Below the pieces are notes generated by a model, which saw nothing but the letters and a program-made list of their open reading frames with translations, was not told the origin of the DNA and searched no databases. From an uncultured bacterium (lineage in GTDB: Bacteria > Auribacterota > Erginobacteria > Erginobacterales > Erginobacteraceae), in NCBI GenBank assembly GCA_963822585.1, contig CAWGIE010000010.1:64001-128000 (forward strand): a stretch of 64,000 bases of DNA, given 5' to 3'. Each line of letters starts with the position of its first letter. Position 1 is the stretch's first letter. Shown piece by piece: positions 31,121 to 40,187 of this stretch. Position numbers and translations under genes: made by a program.

Positions 31121-31234
31121 CTCCAGCGCCCGCAGGCTCTTTCCGCGGCGCCGTCTCCGTCGACGAAGCTCGTTCGCTCTCCATTCGCATTCGGATCAGT
31201 TATCCTTGCAAGAAATATCTTCACTGGTTAGGAT
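31121..31234 (+). repeat. Degenerate repeat R copy 8 with promoter
   Basis: GCGCCCGCAGGCTCTTTCCGCGG..GCTCGTTCGCTCT, then TTGCAA-17 bp-TAGGAT (31206-31234). Confidence 0.75.
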
Positions 31235-31301
31235 ATTTCCGTTGAGGAGTTCATTGATAGCTACTCCAGTATATTGAAGTAAATCCGTGTAACTAACATT
31301 C

Positions 31302-32324
31302 ATGTCTAAGAGAATGAACGCAAGATTCGAATATAAGTACTCAATTGATCAATGCGATGTTCTTGACAAGGGTAAGTTCAAAGAATTTCGGAAAAAGCGC
31401 CGTCAATGGTTGGAATGGTTGGACGGTGACGACCCTCACTCAATAAGCAAACAGATTTATTCTATGCTCTGGGATTATGCCCTATTTATAACTGTGAATG
31501 AGTTAAGAAAAACGCAGCTAGAAAGCCTGATAATGGAGTAGGTTTCAACACGCCAGTAATGCGTCTTTTTGATGTCGGATTCGCTACGTTGCAAGCAACA
31601 ACTATTAGAAGACTCATTGAGAAGCCGAAAAGTAATCCCAGATGGGCTGTTATTTCATTAAGAGAGACGAGAAGACATTAGCGACAATCTAGATCTAATA
31701 ACGCGTGAAAATTATGTATGCTGTGATGGATTACCGTATGACTACGATTTGCTTCAGCAAAAGTGGCTTTCATCTTTATCCATTCCCGAGAGTGGTGTTC
31801 ATGTGGGTTCTCTACCAACACAAGGACCAAATGGTTGGCCAATGGCTGAGAGAGCTCACAAGGACTTTGACATGTTGACACAAGTGCAACCTAAAAACCG
31901 GACGAGAGAAGATCATATTCAGATTGATGTTCTGAAAAATTTGGAAACTGAAGTTGAAAAATGTAAAAATATTAAGAAGTATGTTGACAAATTCATAGCA
32001 CATGCCGCCGCTCCGGAAACAAGGAAAGGCCTTTCAGATGAAGAAAAAAACCTCACCCTAGAACGTCTAAAGAAATGCCATCAAATAATCTATCGTGTTA
32101 CCTCTTTTATTTCTGGCCAACTTCTTTGGGAATCAGGTTTAGGTGGCTTGCCTATCCCTCAATATGATCATCTTGTAAATCTTGATAAGCAATGGGCGAG
32201 TCAAAGAACATTAAAGAAAGCCCGCAAATATGGGCAAATTTTCAAAAAGAGATTTCTGGATGGGAGACACCTGAACTTTGGCCACCTGGCTTCAAGGTTG
32301 ATCGGGGAGAGTCGTTATAACTAG
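31302..32324 (+). pseudogene. Frameshifted HEPN (AbiU2-like) gene
   Basis: Three consecutive frames; IRRL..VISL segment and YVDKFIAH motif. Confidence 0.55.
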
Positions 32325-32395
32325 TGAACTCAACCGATTTCTCCCGCATCGATTTAATAATAAACTAGAAAATAAGAGTGAGAGGGAATGAATTC

Positions 32396-33419
32396 ATGAA
32401 TGAAACTTTTAAAGATTCTAGCTTTTTGATTAACGAAAGCCGGAACTGGATAAATGACGGCAAGTTTAAAGTGGTTCTTTCTCCGCAATCAGCTCAAGTT
32501 ATTTATTCTGGCTTAAAAAAGATAGAGCTCTTTCTCTCAGAGATTCTCCAGCAGATTGAAGATTTAGGAGATGAGCATCCTGATGTCCGGGAAGACCTAA
32601 TAAGAAGACACTTCGATGATCGATTACTATAATGCGAATAACCAGTCGTTAGATGAAGATTTCGCAAGCGTAAGAAGCCTGAGTTAACTCAAAGCCGCTG
32701 CAATTGCCGAAATTATAGAACTTGAAAAAAGAAGGCGTCAGACTACTCCAGAACTTGTTAATGAGGCGCTAAACACTAAAATTAAAGCTATTGTTGATAG
32801 TCTTAGCGATCAAATTTTTCTAGATGTCCAACCTCCATCTTGGCTTAAAGATTATTTTACGCAAGCAATAGGTGTGAGAGGAACGCAGCCCAAGAAAGCC
32901 GTAGTTAAATCTGGCAGAAAATGCTTTCTCTCTTCTACATGTTTTGATCTGCGTGATATGAGGGAAAGTATTGCATCTTTCTTAGCGGATAGAGGGATTG
33001 AGGTCATCAGAAGCGAGGATGTAAATTTCTCAGACGGTACTCAAATACATCCTCACGATGTATGCCTTTCCAAGATAAATGAAGCCAATGAGTTCCTGCT
33101 TATTATTGACCGTGAAGCTGGAGACAACTACAAGGGAAGTGAGGCCGAGTATCAAGGATTAACTATAACTCATGCGGAGCTTAGGAGAGCCCTCAAAGAA
33201 CCGAAAATAAAAGTGCACTGTTTCATTAGCATAGAAGTTTTGAACTACTATAAGTGCTGGGATCTGAATGGTAAAGCAGACGGATTCCAGACTGGTCGTA
33301 TCGATAAGAAAATATTTGAAGTTTTAGATTTCATAACTGACTCTGGAAAAATATATAGAAATACTTTCCTACATGTAGAGGACCTTAAAGAGAAAATCAA
33401 GCAGCGGTTTGAACTCTAA
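32396..33419 (+). pseudogene. DUF4062-domain gene with probably disrupted N-terminus (32874-33419 is open)
   Basis: CFLSSTCFDLRDMR, CLSKI, ITHAELRRA; frame stays open ~60 codons upstream of the GTG, then breaks near 32630-32690. Confidence 0.6.
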
Positions 33420-33547
33420 TAATCTATTTCAATGAGGAAGCGCGGCCCGCGGCCAGCATAGCTGTCACGGGCCTTGCAGCTATACAGTGTTTCATCCGGA
33501 TTTGATACTCCCTTGATAAGACACCAACGTTTAATCCCCCCACCGGC

Positions 33548-33966
33548 TTTCAGTCGGCCCCAACCACACCCACCACAGCCGACTGAAACCCTCTGCCCCC
33601 CACTTCAATACACCGCCGCGCCGCACAAGAAACCGCGCGGCGCAGCTCCCCTTTTGGTGTAGTCCAGGTCTTCAGGTTGCCAAAGGTTATCTCCGCTTCC
33701 TCCCCCCCACACGGTTTCAGATCGTGCGCCTCTACCACACCCACCACTGGCCCGGACTGAAACCGTCCCCCGGCCACCACCGGTTTCAGACCAGGCGCCT
33801 CTACCTCACCCACCACAGGCCTGGACTGAAACCGCTCCCCCGGCCCCCCGCATTTCAGACCGGCCCCTCAACCACGCCCCCAACTGGCCGGACTGAAATA
33901 GCGCCCCCTGTCTCCCCGCGTTTCTGTCCCGCCGCCCCTACCACACCCACCACCCGGGACAGAAAC
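33548..33966. repeat. Array of five hairpins with a conserved ACCACACCCACCAC loop
   Basis: Units at 33548, 33711, 33781, 33852, 33920 with (G)TTTC(A/T)G..C(T/A)GAAA(C) stems. Confidence 0.9.
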
Positions 33967-34399
33967 CGCCGCCCCCGCCTCCGCGCCTCTCCCCCTATTT
34001 GGTGCCCCGCCGGTCGACGATCCCCGGCCTCCGGCCGGGTCCGCGACCGGCTACGCTCTCCGGACAATTCGGAAGTTCTCCGGAGTGCCCAAGCCTTTTG
34101 CTTCTTCCCATACACCGGCCTGTCATGCTTCTTGCTTTTAGCCTTGCCCTTCGGGCATCCCTCCGGCGATTCAAAACTCGCTGCGGAGGGCCAGGCTAAC
34201 TTCCTCCGCTCCGCTTCGGAAGATAGCCTTAAAAACCGGCCCTCCGCTTTTCGCTCGTTTTCAATCGCCTCCGGGAACGGCTGCAAGAAGCACGCCAGGC
34301 CTCGTCTTCCGCGCGGTTTGGACGTCATTTCCCCGGGTCAACACTATAAATGGGGAAAGGCCCCCACTCGCTCAGGCGACTACTCCGCTCCGCTTTTCT

Positions 34400-34743
34400 C
34401 CCCCCGGCCGGCTCCGGCCCATCTTCAACAGCTCAAAAAAAGCGGCCATCAGACCGAAAAAAGCATTCGGACTGATGGCCTTTTCGCTGTTTCATCCGGG
34501 CTCGCTCCCGAGATTCTGCGGTGCTCGGCGACGTTAACACGTCGTCTCCGTTCCTCGAAACTCGGTCGCTCTCCGCCGGCCCTCGGCGGCTTCGTTCCGG
34601 CCCGCTCTCGCTTCGCTCGGCTGACGGCAGTCACCTTCGGCTGCTCCTTCTGCGACTGCCGACAGCACCGCGGGTCTCCGCTTCGCCGCCTTCCCCCCGC
34701 GAAAGCTCCGCGGAGTCCACCCCGATAAAATCGGGGTGCCGCC
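34400..34743. repeat. Structured module M, copy 1 (copy 2 at ~40362-40596 with an internal deletion)
   Basis: Near-identical TTCAACAGCTCAAAAAAAGCGGCCATCAGACCG...CACCCCGATAAAATCGGGGTGCCGCC. Confidence 0.9.
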
Positions 34744-35009
34744 TTCGCTAGCCGCCCCCTTTCCCCCTCTTTCGCCTTCGGCGAAATTCACCCCTTTTCT
34801 CCTCCCCCTGACCCATAATCCCCTTACCTCCAGGCTTCGGCTTCACCGTGGCTTGCGCCACTCCTCGGGGCTCGTTCGGTCGGCCGTAGCTGCTCCGGGG
34901 TTCGGCATGGCTCGGAGCTAAAGCTCCTCGCCACCGGGCAACCGGCGGTCGGCAAGCCTCGTGCCAGGGGACCCAATTTCCCTTTCTGTCACTCGGCTTG
35001 CGAGACCGC

Positions 35010-35102
35010 CTTTCTGATAATGGGCCCATTATCAGAACTTGCCCTTGCCTCACCCCTCCGCTTCGCCCTGCGGGTTTACATAACGTAAACGTTATGTAAA
35101 CT
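35010..35102. other. Two recombinase-type sites (11-bp arms, 8-bp spacer)
   Basis: CTTTCTGATAA-TGGGCCCA-TTATCAGAACT and GGTTTACATAA-CGTAAACG-TTATGTAAACT. Confidence 0.55.
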
Positions 35103-35325
35103 ATGCCTTCCTCACGCGCCCCTCGCGCGGGCCTGCGGCCCGCGTTCAGCCTCAGCCTTTCCCCTCTTTTTCCTTTACCTCGCCCTCTTGTTTCCCCTAT
35201 CCCCTGGATGCCTTGGGCCACCTTCGCTGGCCCAAATCCTAACTTGCTCCATCCCCGTTTTACCTTTCCTCTATCCCTAGGTTTTAGTAAGATTCTGAGT
35301 GAAGATCATACCGGGCTCAGAAAAC

Positions 35326-36792
35326 ATGAAACCTTATCTGATATTTGTCAGCAGCACCCAAAAAGAATTGCAGAAAGAACGGATAGCCGTCCGAGAGTTC
35401 ATCCGAAAGAGTGATCTTCTGGATGATTATTTTGACGTATTTCTTTTTGAGAAAACCCCAGCGCGGGACAAAGCTGCTGAGCGGGAATATCTGAAAAAAG
35501 TCGAAAAGTGTGACATTTATCTCGGCATTCTTGGGAACGAATACGGAGTTCCAGGCACCGATGGATTATCTCCTGTTGAAAGGGAGTTTTGCCGAGCTAC
35601 CGAGAAAGGAAAAGAGAGGCTCATCTATATAAAAGGCAAAGCTGATTCTGGGCGTGAAGAAAAGATGCGGTCCTTCATCAAGCGGATAAGCGCGAAGCTT
35701 ATTAGGAAAAGATTTAAAGATACTGCTGAACTTTTGGAAGAAGTTAATCGGAGCCTTATCGATTTTTTAAAAGATCGGGGTCACATATCAACAGAACCTT
35801 TCGATACTTTATTATGCCTAGATGCAAGTTACGAAGATATAAATGAGAAACTGGTAAAGGCTTTCTTAGCCAACCGGGCAAAAAAGCGCAAGAGCCCCGC
35901 CCTGAAAACTTCGGTCAAGGATTTCCTCTTAAAAACAATCCGAGTAATAAAAGATAAAGATGGTTCACTCAAACCCGCTAACGTTGCCTTGTTGTTTTTC
36001 AGCGATCATCCTCAAAAATTTATCCCCCAGAGTAGTATCAAGGTAGCCAGATTTAAAGGGATCACCAGGGTTAAATTTCTTGATTCTCAAGAAATCCAGG
36101 GAGACATCTATAAAATCCTTGCTGAAGTCGGCGGATTTATTGAAAGAAACACCCGGCTGGCAAGTAAAATTGTGGGATTCAAAAGAGTCGATATCCCTGA
36201 GTATCCTCATGAAGCCATTCGGGAAGCGGTAATCAATGCCATTGCTCATCGTGATTACTTCCGAACCGGCTCCCATGTCCAAATTGACATTTTTGATGAC
36301 CGGATTGAAGTAACCAACCCTGGGGGGCTTTTACCTGGCCTGGATATCAATAAATTAGAAGGTGTCCATGAAACCAGGAATAGAAAGATTTGCAGTATCT
36401 TCCATGAAACACACGACATGGAAAAATACGGAACCGGCATAGCAAAGATGAATCTTTCAATGAAGGAGCATGGCTTGAACCCTCCTGTTCTGAGCCAGCC
36501 GGGAGGTTTCTTCCGAGTAACATTTTATAGCCCGGGTGAGAACATTTTGGATTTGGTGTCAAATATACCGGATGAGCAACAGGTGGATCTGAGACGCATA
36601 GGCCTGAACCGGAGACAAATTGAAGCATTGACAATGATGATCAATGAAGGTGCCGTAATTACCAATAGAGAATACAGAGATTTATTCAAAGTTAGCAACA
36701 AGACTGCCGCTACAGATCTCAGTGCTCTGGTAAAGAAGGATTTGGCAACCAGTAGGGGTAGAGGAAGAAACGTGAGCTACTTCTGCCGCTGA
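35326..36792 (+). CDS. DUF4062 + HATPase_c_4 (RecG-C-like) + winged-HTH protein
   Basis: IFVSSTQKEL..ER, YLGILGNEYG, EYPHEAIREAVINAIAHRDY, IEVTNPGGL, RN, EKYGTGI, TAATDL. Confidence 0.85.
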   Translation: MKPYLIFVSSTQKELQKERIAVREFIRKSDLLDDYFDVFLFEKTPARDKAAEREYLKKVEKCDIYLGILGNEYGVPGTDGLSPVEREFCRATEKGKERLIYIKGKADSGREEKMRSFIKRISAKLIRKRFKDTAELLEEVNRSLIDFLKDRGHISTEPFDTLLCLDASYEDINEKLVKAFLANRAKKRKSPALKTSVKDFLLKTIRVIKDKDGSLKPANVALLFFSDHPQKFIPQSSIKVARFKGITRVKFLDSQEIQGDIYKILAEVGGFIERNTRLASKIVGFKRVDIPEYPHEAIREAVINAIAHRDYFRTGSHVQIDIFDDRIEVTNPGGLLPGLDINKLEGVHETRNRKICSIFHETHDMEKYGTGIAKMNLSMKEHGLNPPVLSQPGGFFRVTFYSPGENILDLVSNIPDEQQVDLRRIGLNRRQIEALTMMINEGAVITNREYRDLFKVSNKTAATDLSALVKKDLATSRGRGRNVSYFCR

Positions 36793-36794
36793 TG

Positions 36795-36893
36795 CGCAAT
36801 TACACGATTATCAGAGATATTTCACGGTAACTACACGATTACGCAATTACACGATTATCAGAGATATTTCACGGTAACTACACGATTACGCAA
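36795..36893. repeat. 47-bp tandem duplication built from TACACGAT motifs
   Basis: Two exact copies starting 36795 and 36842. Confidence 0.95.
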
Positions 36894-36944
36894 AAAAGCT
36901 CATCTCAAAGCGGAGTGGGACCGGAGAGGGTCCCATAATTACAG

Positions 36945-36985
36945 AAAAACCCAGCACCATCGTTTGATGATGCTGGGTTTTTTTT
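36945..36985 (+). terminator. Rho-independent terminator
   Basis: AAAAACCCAGCA..TGCTGGGTTTTTTTT. Confidence 0.75.
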
Positions 36986-37000
36986 AAGCCCGGATCAGGC

Positions 37001-37225
37001 CTTTTAGCTGGGCGGCATGAAGGGCGGATCGGGCGGGGTACCGGCGTTCCGCCTTCGCCCTTCGGCAAGCTCAGGGCTACGGCGGACAAGTCGATCGATC
37101 AGATATTTTTATTAAATTGGAGTAATGGAGTAGTGGAATATTGGAATATTGGATACCCCCTCATCCTAACCTTCTCCCTCGATGGGGAGAAGGAATATCG
37201 GCGACAGAACATCGATAGATGCATC
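37001..37225. repeat. 225-bp direct repeat, left copy (right copy 38622-38846)
   Basis: Near-identical copies with only a few substitutions. Confidence 0.95.
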
Positions 37226-37372
37226 TCAGGTATCCCAGTTAGCCTGATCCTCCGCCTTATACGCGGCAACCGCGGTGGTGAAATAACCCCTGATCGTTTG
37301 CTGGGCGGTGATATTCGGGTCGGCGGGGATAACGTACTTCCTTAAAATTTTCCGGAGGAAAATTTTATTGCA

Positions 37373-38476
37373 TTATTCTTTGAGCCCCGACTCCAGCAGT
37401 CTCGCCCGGGCCTGGACCAGAGCATCGTGAAGTTTCTTGCGCAGCAAAGGTTGGGACGGCAATTCCGTCATATAGGCGGCGACTCGGATGCCGCTTTTAC
37501 TCAGTTGCAATAGCTCAATATGCTCTTCGGACTTGCCCGCGCACAAGATCAATCCCAGAGGGGATTCTTCACCAGGTTGACGATCATATTTCTCCAGCCA
37601 GCGAAGATATAATTCCATCTGCCCTTTATCGGCCGCCCGGAATTTTCCCAGCTTAAGATCAATGGCAAGCAGACGTTTCAGTTTCCGGTGGAAGAAAAGC
37701 AGATCGATGTAGTAATCCTCGTTGTCCACGGTTATCCGTTTCTGGCGCGCTACAAAACTGAATCCCACTCCCAGTTCCAGGATAAACGATTCGATCTCAC
37801 GCAGGATGGCGTCTTCCAAATCCTTTTCCAGATATCGATCCTTAAGTCCCAGGAAATCGAGCAGATACGGATCTTTAAAGACCAGGTCCGGCGTCAACCT
37901 GTCTTCGTTCCGCAATGCTTTCAGTTCCTGCCGGATGAGTTCATCGGGCTTTCGCGACAATGCCGTGCGTTCGTAGAGCATGGAATCGATTTTCCGCCGG
38001 AGGGTGCGAACGCTCCAACGTTCAATCCGGCACATTTCACTATAGAACTCGCGCTGAAGATTATCTTCAATAGGAAGGATTTCAATAAAATGGCTCCAGC
38101 TTAATTGTGCAGACAGTGTCTGCACTATCTTTGAATCTGTAAACCTTTCATTGAATCGGATCATGTTAAACAAATTGCGTTTACTGAATCCCCGCCCAAA
38201 ATCATTGGTCAATTGTCTCGACAGTGCCGAGACGATTTCTTCGCCGTATCCAGCCCGCTTTTTTTTGAGAATATCTACCCGAATTCGCTGACCGATTTTC
38301 CAGTAGAGATCAACCAGAGCGGTATTAACCGTCCTGGCTATGTCCCAGCGTGATTCCTCGATCATCGTGCGCAGATCCCGAACCAGACCATCAGGTATGG
38401 CAATTGGTTTCATCGGATGAGTCTTATCAAGATGAACAAGCGGTTTGTTATCTTGTGATTTCTTACTCATGATCAT
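37373..38476 (-). CDS. YhcG/DUF1016 PD-(D/E)xK nuclease family protein
   Basis: LYWKIG, GRGFS, LSWSHF, WSVRTL, KDPYLLDFL, LELG.GFSFV, IDLLFFH, GQMELYL. Confidence 0.93.
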   Translation of the reverse strand: MIMSKKSQDNKPLVHLDKTHPMKPIAIPDGLVRDLRTMIEESRWDIARTVNTALVDLYWKIGQRIRVDILKKKRAGYGEEIVSALSRQLTNDFGRGFSKRNLFNMIRFNERFTDSKIVQTLSAQLSWSHFIEILPIEDNLQREFYSEMCRIERWSVRTLRRKIDSMLYERTALSRKPDELIRQELKALRNEDRLTPDLVFKDPYLLDFLGLKDRYLEKDLEDAILREIESFILELGVGFSFVARQKRITVDNEDYYIDLLFFHRKLKRLLAIDLKLGKFRAADKGQMELYLRWLEKYDRQPGEESPLGLILCAGKSEEHIELLQLSKSGIRVAAYMTELPSQPLLRKKLHDALVQARARLLESGLKE

Positions 38477-38621
38477 TCAAAAGAGGGATTATACCTTCCA
38501 GATATTAGTCGGATGGGGAGGAGATTTTATTCCCGAAATTTAGAAAAAAATTTTCGGGGGAAAATTTTCGCCCGAAAAGGATCGGAAACCTGAAGGGAGG
38601 ACTTTATCTTCCGGCCGTCGG

Positions 38622-38846
38622 CTTTTAGCTGGGCGGCATGAAGGGCGGGTCGGGCGGGGTCCCGGCGTTCCGCCTTCGCCCTTCGGCAAGCTCAGGGCTA
38701 CGGCGGACAAGTCGATCGATCAGGTACTTTTATTAAATTGGAGTAATGGAGTAGTGGAATATTGGAATATTGGATACCCCCTCATCCTAACCTTCTCCCC
38801 CGATGGGGAGAAGGAATATTGGCGACAGAACATCGATAGATGCATC
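38622..38846. repeat. 225-bp direct repeat, right copy
   Basis: See 37001-37225. Confidence 0.95.
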
Positions 38847-38847
38847 C

Positions 38848-38985
38848 TGCGGATTTCGGAGTAAAGTGGACACCCAAATCGGTTTAACGTGGACACTGAA
38901 ATTGGAGCAAAGTGGACACCGAAATCGGAGCAAAGTGGACAGTGATTCCGGGGCAAAGTGGACACTTTTTTCGTGATTTCCGGAA
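38848..38985. mobile_element. Solo IS21-family terminal sequence
   Basis: Begins TGCGGATTTCGG; five (A)AAGTGGACA motifs at ~22-bp period; no istA/istB follows. Confidence 0.7.
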
Positions 38986-39065
38986 TGGGTGCCCCCGCGC
39001 GCCCGGTCCGCTCGATGACGGGCAATTCCCAAGCTTAATTGCGGTTGGCTGAGAATTCAGGGTGC

Positions 39066-40187
39066 TCAAAAGACGTACTCCAGCATAAGCGAAAGGCTGG
39101 CCTGCCTCGACCAGACCTTGACCCCGTGGTGATAGGTGTAATCTATTTCCAACGCCTCGTTGAGCAGGCGATGGGAGCCGGTGGTGGACAACCACAGATA
39201 ATCGAACTCCAGGCTGAGGAGGATATTTTCCGACAGCCCGGCCTTGAACCCGACATAGCTATGCCAGGCCTGACCGTATGTATGTTCATAGGTCAACCGC
39301 CTGCCAACCCTGAGCAGGTGCTGATCTTCATTTTCTCCCTCTACATAAGCCCAATCCAGCTGTATGGCCAGGTGGCAACGGGGCAGGGGAATATAACCCG
39401 TCAGGTCGAGGTCGTCTTTCAACCCGATGAAATAGTGCCGGTAGGTCTGATCAAACCGGATACAGTCCCCTGGCAGGGGCTCGGGCAATTCACCCTGTTG
39501 GTACTGAACGCCGTCGTGGGCGACCAGCCGGAAGCGCTGCCAGCGAAATCCGATGATCGGTCGAAGGTCCAGACGCGAGGGGAGTCCGAGCCAGTCCGAG
39601 ACCTTCAAATCCGCATCGGCCCTGATCATGTAGCTGGGCTCCATTCGACAGTCGGATTCGGAATAGATGGTTCGCTGGTCGGGGTTTTCGTCATCGTCCC
39701 AGTCCGAATCGGTCATCTTCCCGTCGACCTCTGAAGAGAGGCTTGTTAACGCCTCCAGCCCCAGCGAGAACCTGAGGTAGCTGGCTCTCATCTCTACCCC
39801 GCCCCACCAGGAGTCCAAGGGGAATTCCAGTCGGCTCAGAGGGGTTTGGTAGGGGGGAAAGGGATTCCCGAACTCGTAGGAGGTATGGCTGTCGAGCAGC
39901 CGATTGACCTTGAGCCCTATGGACCAGTGGTCCGGCAGGAAAGGCGTTCTTTCCTTCTCCGTCTCCCCGGAGGTTACTCCTAAGGCGGACCCGGCCGGGA
40001 GGAGCAGGGTCACCGCGATTCCGGCAAACAGCCAGCTTCGGCCAGGATTACCCCGTCTCTTCGGTCTTGGAGAGGGGCCCGTTGTTGCCGGGGAAAAAAC
40101 CGGCTCAGAAGCATAGCGTCTCATCTCAATCCCAAGGTAAGCTCTCAATCCGTCATACCCAGCGCACACAAGCCTTGTCCGGCCCAT
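39066..40187 (-). CDS. Omptin-family outer-membrane protease (start uncertain)
   Basis: SRLEFPLDS, GKMTDSDW, DQHLLR motifs; C-terminal YVF beta signal. Confidence 0.8.
   Translation of the reverse strand: MGRTRLVCAGYDGLRAYLGIEMRRYASEPVFSPATTGPSPRPKRRGNPGRSWLFAGIAVTLLLPAGSALGVTSGETEKERTPFLPDHWSIGLKVNRLLDSHTSYEFGNPFPPYQTPLSRLEFPLDSWWGGVEMRASYLRFSLGLEALTSLSSEVDGKMTDSDWDDDENPDQRTIYSESDCRMEPSYMIRADADLKVSDWLGLPSRLDLRPIIGFRWQRFRLVAHDGVQYQQGELPEPLPGDCIRFDQTYRHYFIGLKDDLDLTGYIPLPRCHLAIQLDWAYVEGENEDQHLLRVGRRLTYEHTYGQAWHSYVGFKAGLSENILLSLEFDYLWLSTTGSHRLLNEALEIDYTYHHGVKVWSRQASLSLMLEYVF

Noticed and set aside
33550..35221. ORFs of 334, 157 and 88 aa in the structured block
   Set aside because: Low-complexity Pro/Arg translations of GC-rich palindromes, with no RBS or domain motifs.
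37226..37345. Minus-strand peptide fragment KYVIPADPNITAQQTIRGYFTTAVAAYK
   Set aside because: Looks like a gene remnant, but has no start codon and no family I can name.
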